In this document: positions 10,077 through 22,581 of the stretch, piece by piece | Layout of the letters: each line of letters begins with the position of its first letter | Position numbering within the stretch: the stretch's first letter is position 1 | Assembly: GCA_963771355.1 (NCBI GenBank) | Contig: CAVYTA010000006.1 | Coordinates: 2,690,859 to 2,754,858 of the forward strand | DNA length: 64,000 bases | Direction of reading: 5' to 3' | DNA from: an uncultured Candidatus Rokubacteria bacterium | GTDB taxonomy: Bacteria > Methylomirabilota > Methylomirabilia > Rokubacteriales > CSP1-6 | The notes under the pieces: generated by a model | What the model was told of the DNA's origin: nothing | Databases searched by the model: none | The model's input: the letters and a program-made list of their open reading frames with translations, nothing else | Position numbers and translations under genes: made by a program

Positions 10077-12428
10077 TCAGCGCCGCGGAACCAGCCGGCG
10101 GAGGATGGCCAGCGCGATGGGCTTGGCGCGCCGGCCCACCTCGTTCACCGGGCCCACGCAGGACGGACAGCCGGTCTTGCACGGGCAAGCCTCCAGGGTG
10201 GCCAGGCCCTGGGCGAGAAGCTCGGGGAGGATCTCGAAGATCCGTTCGGCGAGGCCGATGCCGCCGGGCTGGCTGTCGTAGAGGTACAGCGTGGGCGTGA
10301 AGCGCTCGGAGCCGAGGAGCTGGGCGCGCTGCGTCTCCCGCGTGACCACCACGCCGGCCTCGGCCGGCGAGCCGTCGCCCAGCCAGGCCCCCACGTCGCG
10401 CACGTCGCAGAGCAGGAAGATGGGCGCGAGATGGTGGAGGAGATAGGTGAGCGCTCGCATCCCGTCCACCAGCTCCTCGCGGCTCGGCGAGATCTGGACG
10501 AGGAGGGTGGGATCGACGGCCAGCCAGGCACTGGTGGTCTGCATCTCCTGCTGGGGCAGCTCCACCTCGCCCGATCCCACGTTCTCCAGCGTGACCATCT
10601 TGATCTTCTTGAAGCCCACCACCTTCTCCGCCACCAGCACCTCGCCCCCCTCCGACGTCCAGCCGGGCGCCTCCCGCCGCGTGAGGTGCTGGAGGATCCA
10701 CACACCCTTGGCGCTGATGGCATCGGTGAAGTAGTCCACCGCCACCCGCTTGACGTAGGCGACCTTCTCCTCGTCCTCACGGTAGTGGAGCTCCTGCACC
10801 TCGAACGGCTCGCCCTCCACCATGTAGATGGCCTTGGGGTACACCATGGCGAATGCGCTCTTCCAGTCCACCTCGGCGATGATCTGCCGCCGCTTGACCT
10901 CCTTGGCATCGCGGGCGGTGGTGTCGATCACCAGGAAGTTGTCCGAGGTGACCGTGCGCAGCGAGATGTGGTCGGCGGGATAAGTCTCCGAGGTCCAGTG
11001 ATAGACGCCGCCCGCGCGGTGCAGCAGCCCCTCCGCCTCCAGCGCGGCCAGGGGCGCGGCCACGTCACCGCCGAACACCTCCCCCTCCGCGAAGGGCAGC
11101 TCGAAGGCGCCGCACTTGAGGTGGTTGACGAGGATGAAGGGATTCTCGGGGTTGATCCGCGCGTGCTCGGGCGAGGCGCCGAAGAGATACTCCGGATGCG
11201 AGGCGAGGAACTGGTCCATGGGCGCGCTGCTGGCGACCAGCACCGCCGCCGAGGGGCCGCTGCGCCGCCCCGCCCGGCCCGACTGCTGCCACAGCGAGGC
11301 GATGGTGCCGGGGAAGCCCGCGAGCACGGCCACGTCGAGGTGGCCGATGTCGATGCCGAGCTCGAGCGCGCTGGTGGCCACCACTCCGAGCACGTCGCCC
11401 GAGCGCAGCCCCTGCTCGACTTCGCGGCGGCGAAGGGGGAGGTAGCCGCCCCGATAGCCGCGGACGATGCCGGCGTCGCCCGTCCGGTCCTCCACCAGCC
11501 GCTTGATGGTGGACAGCAGCACCTCGGTCGACAGCCGGCTCTGGGCGAAGACGATGGTGGCGATCTTCTCCCGGAGGAAGCGTCCGGCGAGCTTGGCCGC
11601 CTCCCCCAGATACGGCGCGCGGATGCCGAGGTCCGGATTCACCACCGGCGGGTTGTAGCAGATGAAGATCTTGTCACCCGCGGGCGCGCCGTTGTCCGCC
11701 AGCTCGGTCACCGGCTCGCCGGTGAGGCGAGCGGCAAGCTCGCCGGGATTGGCGATGGTGGCGGAGGCCATGATGAACTGCGGCGTGGAGCCGTAGTGGC
11801 GGCAGATTCGCTTGAGGCGCCGGAGTACGTTGGCGAGGTGGCTGCCGAACACGCCGCGGTACGCGTGCAGCTCGTCGATCACGACGTAGCGGAGGTTCTG
11901 GAAGAGGTTCACCCACTTGGTGTGGTGGGGCAGTATCCCCGAGTGGAGCATGTCCGGATTGGTGAGAACGAGGTTGGCCCGGGCGCGCACCGCGCGCCGC
12001 GCGTCCTGTGGTGTGTCGCCGTCGTACGTGAACATGCGGAGGTCGGGCAGGCTCTTGGCGAGCTCGGTGAGCTCGGCGAGCTGGTCCTGGGCGAGCGCCT
12101 TGGTGGGGAAGAGATAGAGCACGCGCCCTTCCGGCTGCTGCACCAGGCTCTGCAACACGGGGAGGTTGTAGCAAAGCGTCTTGCCCGACGCGGTGGGGGT
12201 GACCACCACCAGGTGTTCGCCCTTGGCCACGATCTCGAACGCCTTCGCTTGATGCGAGTACAGCTGCTCCACGCCGCGGGCCCGCAGGGCCTCGATCAGT
12301 CGCGGATCGAGTGACGAGGGAAACGGGGCGAAGACGGGGGGACGCGCCTCGAGGTGCCGCGTGGCCGTGATGAGGGGACCGGTCTCGAGCGAGGTCAAGA
12401 GCTCGTCGAGAAGCTCCCGCAGCGGCAT
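10077..12428 (-). CDS. DEXH-box helicase with DUF1998 Cys cluster (YprA/MrfA/SftH/Hrq1 family)
   Basis: TPTASGKT, PTKALAQDQ, DELH, ATSALELGIDIG, QQSGRAGRR, C-terminal CPCKTGCPSC. Confidence 0.93.
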   Translation of the reverse strand: MPLRELLDELLTSLETGPLITATRHLEARPPVFAPFPSSLDPRLIEALRARGVEQLYSHQAKAFEIVAKGEHLVVVTPTASGKTLCYNLPVLQSLVQQPEGRVLYLFPTKALAQDQLAELTELAKSLPDLRMFTYDGDTPQDARRAVRARANLVLTNPDMLHSGILPHHTKWVNLFQNLRYVVIDELHAYRGVFGSHLANVLRRLKRICRHYGSTPQFIMASATIANPGELAARLTGEPVTELADNGAPAGDKIFICYNPPVVNPDLGIRAPYLGEAAKLAGRFLREKIATIVFAQSRLSTEVLLSTIKRLVEDRTGDAGIVRGYRGGYLPLRRREVEQGLRSGDVLGVVATSALELGIDIGHLDVAVLAGFPGTIASLWQQSGRAGRRSGPSAAVLVASSAPMDQFLASHPEYLFGASPEHARINPENPFILVNHLKCGAFELPFAEGEVFGGDVAAPLAALEAEGLLHRAGGVYHWTSETYPADHISLRTVTSDNFLVIDTTARDAKEVKRRQIIAEVDWKSAFAMVYPKAIYMVEGEPFEVQELHYREDEEKVAYVKRVAVDYFTDAISAKGVWILQHLTRREAPGWTSEGGEVLVAEKVVGFKKIKMVTLENVGSGEVELPQQEMQTTSAWLAVDPTLLVQISPSREELVDGMRALTYLLHHLAPIFLLCDVRDVGAWLGDGSPAEAGVVVTRETQRAQLLGSERFTPTLYLYDSQPGGIGLAERIFEILPELLAQGLATLEACPCKTGCPSCVGPVNEVGRRAKPIALAILRRLVPRR

Positions 12429-12492
12429 GGCTCATCCTATGTTTAGCGGTCGGCGGTTGTCAACTTCGCGGCCCTCGTGTCACGCTGTGGGC

Positions 12493-13053
12493 GTGAGCGC
12501 GCGCCGCCTGGGGCTGCCGCTGGGGTGGACGGTCGTGATTTTCTGGTTCTCCGGCGAAGACTGGAGCGCGGACGTCACGCACGACTACGCGCTGCTGCTC
12601 CACCAGCTCTTCCCCTGGGTCGGCCCAGCGTTACTCGACCTCGCCCACTGGCTCGCGCGCAAGGCCGGGCACGTCGCGGGCTACGGCATCCTGGGCGGGC
12701 TGTGGCTCTTCGCCCTGCCGGACTGGCGCGCGGCGGTGCTGCTCGCCGCCCTCACCGCCTTCATCGAGGAGGCCCGCCAGGCGCTCACGCCCAGTCGGGG
12801 TGCGAGCGCCGCCGATCTCTTGCTCGACTCGGCGAGCGCGGGCCTCGCGGTCGCCCTGCTGGCCGGGGGCGTCACGGCCACCGTGGACACGCTGACCGGC
12901 CTCCTGCTCTGGATCGCCGCCGTCGTGGGCGGCCTGCTCCTCCTGCTGCACCTCGTCACCGGCGCGCCCCTGGGCTGGCTCGGGCCCGCCACCGCGGCCG
13001 CCTGGCTGCTCCTCGGCTGGCGCGCGCGCCGCCGGCCCGCGCGCTCGACGTGA
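12493..13053 (+). CDS. VanZ-family membrane protein
   Basis: IFWFS...RKAGHVAGYGIL...EEARQALTPSRGASAADLLLD; GTG start at 12493 inferred. Confidence 0.75.
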   Translation: MSARRLGLPLGWTVVIFWFSGEDWSADVTHDYALLLHQLFPWVGPALLDLAHWLARKAGHVAGYGILGGLWLFALPDWRAAVLLAALTAFIEEARQALTPSRGASAADLLLDSASAGLAVALLAGGVTATVDTLTGLLLWIAAVVGGLLLLLHLVTGAPLGWLGPATAAAWLLLGWRARRRPARST

Positions 13054-14507
13054 CGCTCCTCCCCGAGTGGCGCCCCGCGGAGCTCCCGCATCCGCCCGCC
13101 TACAACCTCGTCAACGCGCTGCGCGTGATCGGGCCGGGCGCGATCCTGCTCGGCCTCTCGCTCGGCTCGGGCGACTGGTTGCTCGGACCGGTGGTGGTGA
13201 CCCGACATGGCCCCGCCGTCCTCTGGATCTGCACCGCCTCCGTGCTCCTGCAGGCCGCGCTCAATGCCGAGATGGCGCGTTACACGCTGGCCACCGGCGA
13301 GCCCATCTGGGCGGCCTTTCTCCGCACGCCGCCCGGTCCCGGATTCTGGGCGTGGGTCTACGCGGGACTGCATCTCTTCCAGCTCGGCTGGCCGGGCTGG
13401 GCGCTCGCGGGCGGCGCCACCGCGGCCGCGCTCTTCCTCGGCCGGGCGCCGCGCGTGGAGGACGACCCGGTGGTGCTGGCGCTGGGCTACCTCCTCTTCG
13501 CGGCGGCGGTGGGCGCGGTCCTGCTGGGGCGGCGCGGCCAGGACCTCCTGTGGCACGCCGACCAGCTCTTTCTCGTCGGCACGCTCCTCTTCCTCGCCGT
13601 CCTCGCCGTGGTCCTGGTCCCGAGGCCCGTGTGGCGAACCGTCGCGGCGGGTCTCCTGGGGCCGCTCGTCGGCATGCCCCGTCCTCCCGGTGATCTGGAC
13701 TGGACTCTGCTCACCGCGTTCGCCGCCTATTCGGGGGCGGGCGGCGTGGTCAACGCGAGCCTCACGCACTGGATGCGCGACAAGGGCTTCGGCGTGGCCG
13801 GCACCGGTCGCGGCGCGCCGGCGCAGATCGGCGGCCACCGGCTCCACCTGGTGAGCGAGGGATTGCGCCTCGAGCCCTCCGAGGGAGATCTCGCGAAGTG
13901 GCGCGAGTGGTGGCGCTACCTCGGTCTCCACCTGGGGATCCTGTGGGTGCTGGGACCGATAGCGGCGATGGCGCTGCCCGTGCTCCTCGCCGCCCACCTC
14001 GTGCCGTTCGGGAGCAACATGCAGGGCGCCGCTGCCGCCCTCGCGCTCCCGCGCGCGCTGGGCGCGGACGGAAACCTCTGGCTCTGGTTCCTCACCCTGC
14101 TCGCCGGTCTGTGGATCTTCTTCTCGACCCAGCGCGGCGTCGCCGAGGGCTTCACCCGCAGCGTCACCGAGATCCTGTGGACGGGCAGCGATCGCGCCCG
14201 CGCCTGGGCGGGCGAGCGGGCCGCCCGCCTCTACTACGCGGTGCTCGGCACCTTCGCGGTGGCGGGCGGCGCCGCGCTCTCTCTCGGCGACCCGCTCAAG
14301 CTCGTGCTCATCGGCGCCAACGTCGGCGCGCTCGGATTCGTGATGCTCTCCGTGCACACCCTCTGGGCCAACCGGCGGCTCCTGCCCCGCGCGCTCCGGC
14401 CGTCGCTCTGGCGCGAGGCCCTGGTGGTCGCGGGCGGGCTCTTCTTCGCCATGCTGGTGGCCCGCGTGCTGGCGCGCCCGCTCGACCTCCTCGCCCTGCT
14501 GCACTAG
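13050..14507 (+). CDS. Nramp-like (APC superfamily) membrane transporter
   Basis: IGPGAILLGLSLGSGDW, EMARYTLATGE, AYSGAGG; many TM segments; GTG overlaps the VanZ stop. Confidence 0.75.
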   Translation: MTLLPEWRPAELPHPPAYNLVNALRVIGPGAILLGLSLGSGDWLLGPVVVTRHGPAVLWICTASVLLQAALNAEMARYTLATGEPIWAAFLRTPPGPGFWAWVYAGLHLFQLGWPGWALAGGATAAALFLGRAPRVEDDPVVLALGYLLFAAAVGAVLLGRRGQDLLWHADQLFLVGTLLFLAVLAVVLVPRPVWRTVAAGLLGPLVGMPRPPGDLDWTLLTAFAAYSGAGGVVNASLTHWMRDKGFGVAGTGRGAPAQIGGHRLHLVSEGLRLEPSEGDLAKWREWWRYLGLHLGILWVLGPIAAMALPVLLAAHLVPFGSNMQGAAAALALPRALGADGNLWLWFLTLLAGLWIFFSTQRGVAEGFTRSVTEILWTGSDRARAWAGERAARLYYAVLGTFAVAGGAALSLGDPLKLVLIGANVGALGFVMLSVHTLWANRRLLPRALRPSLWREALVVAGGLFFAMLVARVLARPLDLLALLH

Positions 14508-14519
14508 GAGGGTGCGGCC

Positions 14520-14573
14520 CCGGCGGCTCAAAAAGGTCCAGATGCGAGGCGGCGCCCGAGGGCCGCACGCGAG
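14520..14573. repeat. Left half of a ~125 bp palindromic (REP/MITE-like) element interrupted by IS110
   Basis: CCGGCGGCTCAAAAAGGTCC is an 18/20 inverted repeat of 15743-15762; GGCCGCACGC pairs with GCGTGCGGCC in the right half. Confidence 0.75.
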
Positions 14574-14588
14574 CGACTGTGTCGCGAG

Positions 14589-16952
<2,364 letters not shown>

Positions 16953-16956
<4 letters not shown>

Positions 16957-17879
16957 ACCTTGAGCCGCGGGTCGAGCGTATCGCGGAGGCCGTCGCCGAG
17001 CAGGTTGATGCCGAGCACGGTGACGAGGATGGCGAGGCCGGGGAAGGTGGCGAGCCACCACGCGGTGGAGAGATACACGCGCCCGTCGGCGAGCATGCCG
17101 CCCCAGGTGGGCGTGGGCGGTTGCACGCCCAGGCCGAGGAAGGACAGGGCAGACTCGAGCACGATCACCCGCGCCATGTCGAGGGTGGCGACCACCAGCC
17201 AGGGCGTGAAGGCGTTGGGGAGCACGTGGCGCACGAGCACGCGGTAGTCCCGGCTGCCCAGCGCCACCGCGGCCTGGACGAACTCGCGCTCGCGGATGGA
17301 CAGCACCTCGCCGCGGACCACGCGCGCGTAGACCACCCACGAGGACACCCCGATCACGATGATGATATTGCGCAGGCTGGGGCCCAGCACGCCGATCACC
17401 GCGATGGCGAGCAGGATGAACGGGAAGGCGAGCTGGACGTCGGCGAGGCGCATGAAGAAGTCGTCGACGCGGCCCCCGAAGTATCCCGATACCAGGCCGA
17501 CGGCCATGCCGAGAACGCCCGAGATCGCCACCGCCGCGAGCCCCACCGAGAGCGCGATGCGCGAGCCGTGGATGATGCGCGAGAGGATGTCCCGGCCGAG
17601 GTGATCGGTGCCGAGGGGATGGATGCGCCCCTGCGCGTCCTGCCAGCCCGGCTCCTTGAGACGCTGCCCGATGTCCTGCGCGAGCGGATCGAAGGGCGAG
17701 ACGAAGGACGCGAACACCGCCGCCACCAGCACCGCGAGCACCACGATGAGGCCGAACAGCGCGGTGCGCCGCCGCACGAGGCGCGTCATGACGCGCACCC
17801 ACTCCCGCTCTGCGAAGGGGCGGGGCGGGACGAGGACCAGGGGCTCCGCGGCGGCGGCGGTGCCGGCCGGCGGCGCCAT
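16953..17879 (-). CDS. Peptide/nickel ABC permease (DppC/OppC type)
   Basis: HPLGTDHLGRDILSR, EFVQAAVALG, ESALSFLGLG, NLLGDGLRDTLDPR. Confidence 0.92.
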
Positions 17880-18796
17880 CAGCGGAACCGGATCCGCGGG
17901 TCGAGGTAGGTGTACATCACGTCGACCATGAAGTTCACGATCACGAAGGTGCTGGCGAGCAGAAACACCGCCGCCTGCACCACCGGGTAGTCGCGGTTGA
18001 AGATCGCCTGCACCGACAGCCGTCCCACCCCCGGCCAGGCGAAGATGGTCTCGGTGATGACGGAGCCGCCGAGGAGCGTGCCCATCTCGATCCCCACGAT
18101 GGTCACGATGGGGATGGAGGCATTCCGCAGGGCGTGCTTCCACACCACCGGCGGCTCGCTCACGCCCTTGGCCCGGGCGGTGCGGATATAGTCCTGGCCG
18201 AGCACTTCCAGCATGCCCGAGCGCGTGAGGCGCGTGATGCGAGCGGTGGTGAAGAGCCCCAGGGTGATGGCGGGGAGCACGAGGTGCTCGAGGTCGCCGC
18301 GCCCCGACGAGGGAAACCACCCGAGCCGGACCGAGAAGACCAGGATGAGCATGATGCCGAGCCAGAAGGTGGGCATGGCCTGGCCGAGCAGCGCCACCAC
18401 CGTCGAGATGTAGTCGATCGGCTTGTTGCGCCGCACCGCGGAGACAATCCCGGCGGGAATGGCCAGCGACAGCGCGATGAGGAGGCCCGCTCCCGCCAGC
18501 TCGAAGGTGGCGGGCAGCCGCTCGAGCACGAGCGTCATGGCGGGCTCCCCGTGCCGGAGGGACTCCCCGAAGTTCCCCTGTACCGCGCCCCGGAGGAAGC
18601 GGAGATACTGCACCGGCAGCGGGTCGTTGAAGCCCAGCGCGGCGCGGAGCTTCTCGATGTCCTCCGCGGTGGCGTCGGGCGGGAGGAGGAGAGCGGCGGG
18701 GTCACCGGTGAGGTGAAGGATGAAGAACACCACCACCGAGACGCCGAGCAGGACGAGGAGGGATTGCCAGAGCCGGCGGACGAGGTAGGCCTTCAT
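17879..18796 (-). CDS. Peptide/nickel ABC permease (DppB/OppB type)
   Basis: YLVRRL, DYIRTARAKG, HALRNA, ETIFAWPGVG, RDYPVVQ, LDPRIR. Confidence 0.92.
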   Translation of the reverse strand: MKAYLVRRLWQSLLVLLGVSVVVFFILHLTGDPAALLLPPDATAEDIEKLRAALGFNDPLPVQYLRFLRGAVQGNFGESLRHGEPAMTLVLERLPATFELAGAGLLIALSLAIPAGIVSAVRRNKPIDYISTVVALLGQAMPTFWLGIMLILVFSVRLGWFPSSGRGDLEHLVLPAITLGLFTTARITRLTRSGMLEVLGQDYIRTARAKGVSEPPVVWKHALRNASIPIVTIVGIEMGTLLGGSVITETIFAWPGVGRLSVQAIFNRDYPVVQAAVFLLASTFVIVNFMVDVMYTYLDPRIRFR

Positions 18797-20208
18797 CGCG
18801 AGAGGTGCGCCACGACCTCGATGTGCGGCGTGTGCGGGAACATGTCCACCGGCTGCACCCACTCGAGCCGGTAGCCGCTCCGGGCGAGCTCACCGACATC
18901 GCGGGCGAGCGTGGCGGGATTGCAGGAGACGTAGACGATCCGCGCGGGCGCGAGGGCGGCCAGCGCGGCGAGCGCCTTGGGATGGAAGCCCGCCCGGGGC
19001 GGGTCGCAGACCGCCACGTCCGCCATCACCCCGCGACTGAGGAGCTCGGGCAGGGCGAAGCGGACCTCGCCCGCCACGAAGGTGCAGTTGGTGATCCCGT
19101 TGGCGGCCGCGTTGCGCATCGCGTCCGCCACCGCGGCGGGCGCCATCTCGATGCCGTAGACGTGGCGACAGCGGCGCGCGAGGAGCAGGCTGATCGCGCC
19201 GGTGCCTGAGTAGAGATCGACCACCGTCTCGGAGCCGGTCAGCGCGGCCGCCCGCAGCACGAGGTCGAAGAGCCGCTCCGCCTGCGCGGTATTGGTCTGG
19301 AAGAAGGAGCCGGCCGAGACCTGGAAGACCACCCCGTCGAGCGATTCCCGGATATGGTCGCGGCCTCCGAGCAGATGCTCCTCCACGCCCACCGCCACGC
19401 TCGCCTTCTTGGGGTTGACGTTGAGCACCACGCTGGAGGTTTCCGGCACCCGCGCCTGCACGCGTCCCACCAGCGGCTCGAGCTCGGACACCGCGGGCGC
19501 CGAGGTCACCACGTTCACCATGGCCTCGCCGGTATGCGTGCCCTCGCGCAGCATCAGGAAGCGGAGCAGGCCCTCGCCGCTCTCCTGGTCGTAAGCGGTG
19601 AGCCGCCGCTCCGCGAAGAAGGCGCGCGCCTCCTGAAGCAGCGCGTTCATGCGGTCGGATTGCAGAAGGCAGCGCTCCACGTCGAGCACGGAGTCATAGC
19701 GATCCGCTTCGTGGAGGCCGACGACCACGTCGGTGCCGTCCAGAGCGCCGTCGAGGCGCCGCCCCACCGGAACCACCCGCTCGGCGCCCCTCGGGCGCGC
19801 GACCGTGAACTCCATCTTGTTCCGGTAGCCGTAGATGTCCGGCGCGGGAACGATGGGGCGCATCTCGAAGGCCCCCACCCCGCCGAGCCGCTGCAGGCAG
19901 TCCGCGACCTGCTTGGTCTTGAACGCGAGCTGGGCCGGATACGCCAGATGCTGGAGACGGCAGCCGCCGCAGCGGCCGAAATAGGGGCACGGGGGCTCCA
20001 CCCGATCCGGGGACGGCTGTTCCACCGCCTCGATGAGGCCGCGGCCGAAGCGCGAGCGGGCCTGGATCAGCCGGACGCGGACGGTGTCACCGGGAACGCC
20101 CCCCGGCACGAACACCACGTAGCCATCGGCGCGGCCGACGCCCTCTCCCCCGAACGCGAGGTCGTCGATGGCCACGGACAAAGTATCGCCGCGTCGAGCT
20201 CGCGCCAT
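18793..20208 (-). CDS. rlmD: 23S rRNA (uracil-C5)-methyltransferase RlmD/RumA
   Basis: TRAM domain, CPYFGRCGGC Fe-S motif, SFFQTN, DLYSGTG, DPPRAG, YVSCNP, DMFPHTPHIE. Confidence 0.9.
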   Translation of the reverse strand: MARARRGDTLSVAIDDLAFGGEGVGRADGYVVFVPGGVPGDTVRVRLIQARSRFGRGLIEAVEQPSPDRVEPPCPYFGRCGGCRLQHLAYPAQLAFKTKQVADCLQRLGGVGAFEMRPIVPAPDIYGYRNKMEFTVARPRGAERVVPVGRRLDGALDGTDVVVGLHEADRYDSVLDVERCLLQSDRMNALLQEARAFFAERRLTAYDQESGEGLLRFLMLREGTHTGEAMVNVVTSAPAVSELEPLVGRVQARVPETSSVVLNVNPKKASVAVGVEEHLLGGRDHIRESLDGVVFQVSAGSFFQTNTAQAERLFDLVLRAAALTGSETVVDLYSGTGAISLLLARRCRHVYGIEMAPAAVADAMRNAAANGITNCTFVAGEVRFALPELLSRGVMADVAVCDPPRAGFHPKALAALAALAPARIVYVSCNPATLARDVGELARSGYRLEWVQPVDMFPHTPHIEVVAHLSR

Positions 20209-20305
20209 GTCGCGCTCACTATAAGGGTGCGTGGAATCGGAGTCAATTTGCCCTCCCCTCTTCGGAGTAGCCTCGCGCGGGAGGGTCAAGTATCATTGAT
20301 CCAGG

Positions 20306-20812
20306 ATGAAGTCCGCGAGGTTCTCGGTGCCCCACCGCGTGGGTGATTTGCTCACCGCTGCCGTGCCCGCGCTGGCGGAGCGAATGCTGGCCGCCGCGAT
20401 CCGCCGCGACTGGGCGGCCACGGTGGGCGGGGAGATGGCCCGGCGCTCCCGGCCCGCGTCGCTCGATCACGGCGTGCTGGAGATAGAGGCCGACAACTCC
20501 CCCTGGCTCATGGAGCTGCAGATGCGCACCGGGGAGATCCTGGAGGCGCTCGGCCGTCGATACGGGCGCTCGGTGCTTTCGCTCCGCTTCACCCTGGGCG
20601 CGCGGCCGGCCCCCGCCCCGGCGCCGGTGACCACCCGGCCGTCGCGCGCGGTGGCGCGGCTGAGCGCGGAGGAGACCCGTGAGATCGAGGCGGTCACGGC
20701 CTCGCTCGGCGATCCCAGCCTCGTGCGCGCGCTCCGCCGGCTGCTCACCAAGGACCGGCTGGCCCGCCGCCAGCCGGTCTCAATCTCGATAGCGGAAAAG
20801 GATCAGCCATGA
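20306..20812 (+). CDS. DUF721 / DciA-family protein
   Basis: W-x-x-x-VG-x-x-x-A-x-x-S-x-P...GVL-x-I...SPWLMEL pattern typical of DUF721. Confidence 0.75.
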   Translation: MKSARFSVPHRVGDLLTAAVPALAERMLAAAIRRDWAATVGGEMARRSRPASLDHGVLEIEADNSPWLMELQMRTGEILEALGRRYGRSVLSLRFTLGARPAPAPAPVTTRPSRAVARLSAEETREIEAVTASLGDPSLVRALRRLLTKDRLARRQPVSISIAEKDQP

Positions 20813-22581
20813 CCTTGCCACGCGTACTGACGCTGGCCGCGATCCTCACGCTCACCGGCTGCGCGACGGTCTCGTCGCCCCCCGTCACCGAGCCCCGCCC
20901 GGCCCGCGCGGTGATGCCGCGTCCGGTGGCCGCCGACCGGCTTGGTGACTCCTACTACCACTTCTCGGTGGCGCAGATGCACGCGCGCGCGGGACGCATG
21001 CCGGAGGCCATCGCGGAGGTGCGCCAGGCCATCGAGCGTGATCCCAAGACGGCGGCGCTCTGGACCCAGCTCGCCCAGTGGCTCGCGCGCGCCAATCAGC
21101 CCACCGAGGCCGTCGCGGCCGCGCAGAAGGCGGTGGAGCTCGAGCCCGAGAACACCTCCGCGTACCTGACGCTGGCCGAGCTCTATCGCCGAGCGCGCCG
21201 GCTGCCCGAGTCGGAAGCCGCCCTCGAGAAGGTGATCGAGATCGCGCCGCAGTCCCCCGACGCCTACCTCGCCCTCGCGCAGCAGCACTTCGAGCAGAAG
21301 GCGTACGAAAAGGCCCGCGCCGTGCTGCTCCGCCTCATCGCTGAGCGGCCGGGGCTCGCCCAGGGGCACTATCTCCTCGGCCGCATCGCCATCGAGACCG
21401 AGAGCTGGGACGAGGCGCTCACGCGGCTGAAGCGGGCCGTCGAGCTGGATCCCGACCAGGACGGCGCCTGGCAGGCCCTCGGCTACGTCTACGAGAGCCA
21501 GAAGAAGCCGGACGAGGCGGTCGAGACGTACAAGGCCGCCATCCGGGCCAACCCCGACAACGCGGCCTTCGTCGAGCGTCTCGGCGATCTCCTCGTACGG
21601 CTGGGCCGCTTCAAGGAAGCCCAGGCCGAGATCGAGCAGCTCGCGGAGGCGGCCCCGCGCGACCCGCGCGTCTGGCTCAAGCTGGGCGCCATCCAGTACG
21701 AGCAGAAGAGCTGGGACGCGGCGGCGGCGTCGTTTCGTCGCGCGCTGCTCCTCGAGCCCGGCAATCTGCGCGCGCGCTACTTCCTCGCCACCACCCTGAT
21801 GGAAGCGGGCAAGGACGACGAGGCCAAGGTCGAGCTCGAGCGCATCCTCGTCGCCGATCCGCGGTCCGTGGACGCCCGGGTGCAGCTCGGCTTCCTCCTC
21901 AGCCGGGCCAAGCGCTACGACGAGGCGGTCACCGTGCTGCGCCAGGCGGTCAACATCGAGCCCAAGCGGCCGGAGCTCTTCCTCTACCTCGGCACCGCCC
22001 TCTTCCGCGGCAGCCAGTACGACCGGGCCGCCGACGTGCTGGGCGAGGGGCTGCAGCTCGACGACAAGAACAAGGACCTCTACTTCCAGCTCGGCGTGGT
22101 GCGCGAGAAGCAGCAGCGGTTCGACGACGCCGTCGCCGCCTTCCGCCGCGTGGTCGCGCTCGATCCCAAGCACGCGGAGGCGTACAACTACATCGGCTAC
22201 ATGTACGCCGAGCGGGGGCAGAATCTCTCCGAAGCGGTGGAGCTCATCCAGAAGGCGCTCGAGCTCGACCCCGAGAACGGCTACTTCATCGACAGCCTCG
22301 GCTGGGCCTATTACCAGCAGGGCAAGTACGCCGAGGCCCTCCGCGAGCTGCAGCGCGCCGCCGAGCGGGCCAAGGATGATCCGGAGATCTTCGACCACCT
22401 GGCCGACGCCTACGTGAAGAACGGCAAGGTCGAAGAGGCGATCGCGGCCTGGGAAAAGGCCGTCTCGGTGGACAAGGACAATCGGCTCGGCGACAGCGTG
22501 AAGAAGAAGCTCCAGGAGGCGCGCGAGAAGCAGCTCCGGGCCAAGGGTGAGAGCCCCAAGCCGAAGATCGAAACGAAGTAA
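20809..22581 (+). CDS. TPR-repeat lipoprotein
   Basis: Lipobox LTGC, many TPRs, AYNYIGY...A...FIDSLGW motif typical of the TPR gene preceding lolB-ispE. Confidence 0.88.
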   Translation: MTLPRVLTLAAILTLTGCATVSSPPVTEPRPARAVMPRPVAADRLGDSYYHFSVAQMHARAGRMPEAIAEVRQAIERDPKTAALWTQLAQWLARANQPTEAVAAAQKAVELEPENTSAYLTLAELYRRARRLPESEAALEKVIEIAPQSPDAYLALAQQHFEQKAYEKARAVLLRLIAERPGLAQGHYLLGRIAIETESWDEALTRLKRAVELDPDQDGAWQALGYVYESQKKPDEAVETYKAAIRANPDNAAFVERLGDLLVRLGRFKEAQAEIEQLAEAAPRDPRVWLKLGAIQYEQKSWDAAAASFRRALLLEPGNLRARYFLATTLMEAGKDDEAKVELERILVADPRSVDARVQLGFLLSRAKRYDEAVTVLRQAVNIEPKRPELFLYLGTALFRGSQYDRAADVLGEGLQLDDKNKDLYFQLGVVREKQQRFDDAVAAFRRVVALDPKHAEAYNYIGYMYAERGQNLSEAVELIQKALELDPENGYFIDSLGWAYYQQGKYAEALRELQRAAERAKDDPEIFDHLADAYVKNGKVEEAIAAWEKAVSVDKDNRLGDSVKKKLQEAREKQLRAKGESPKPKIETK

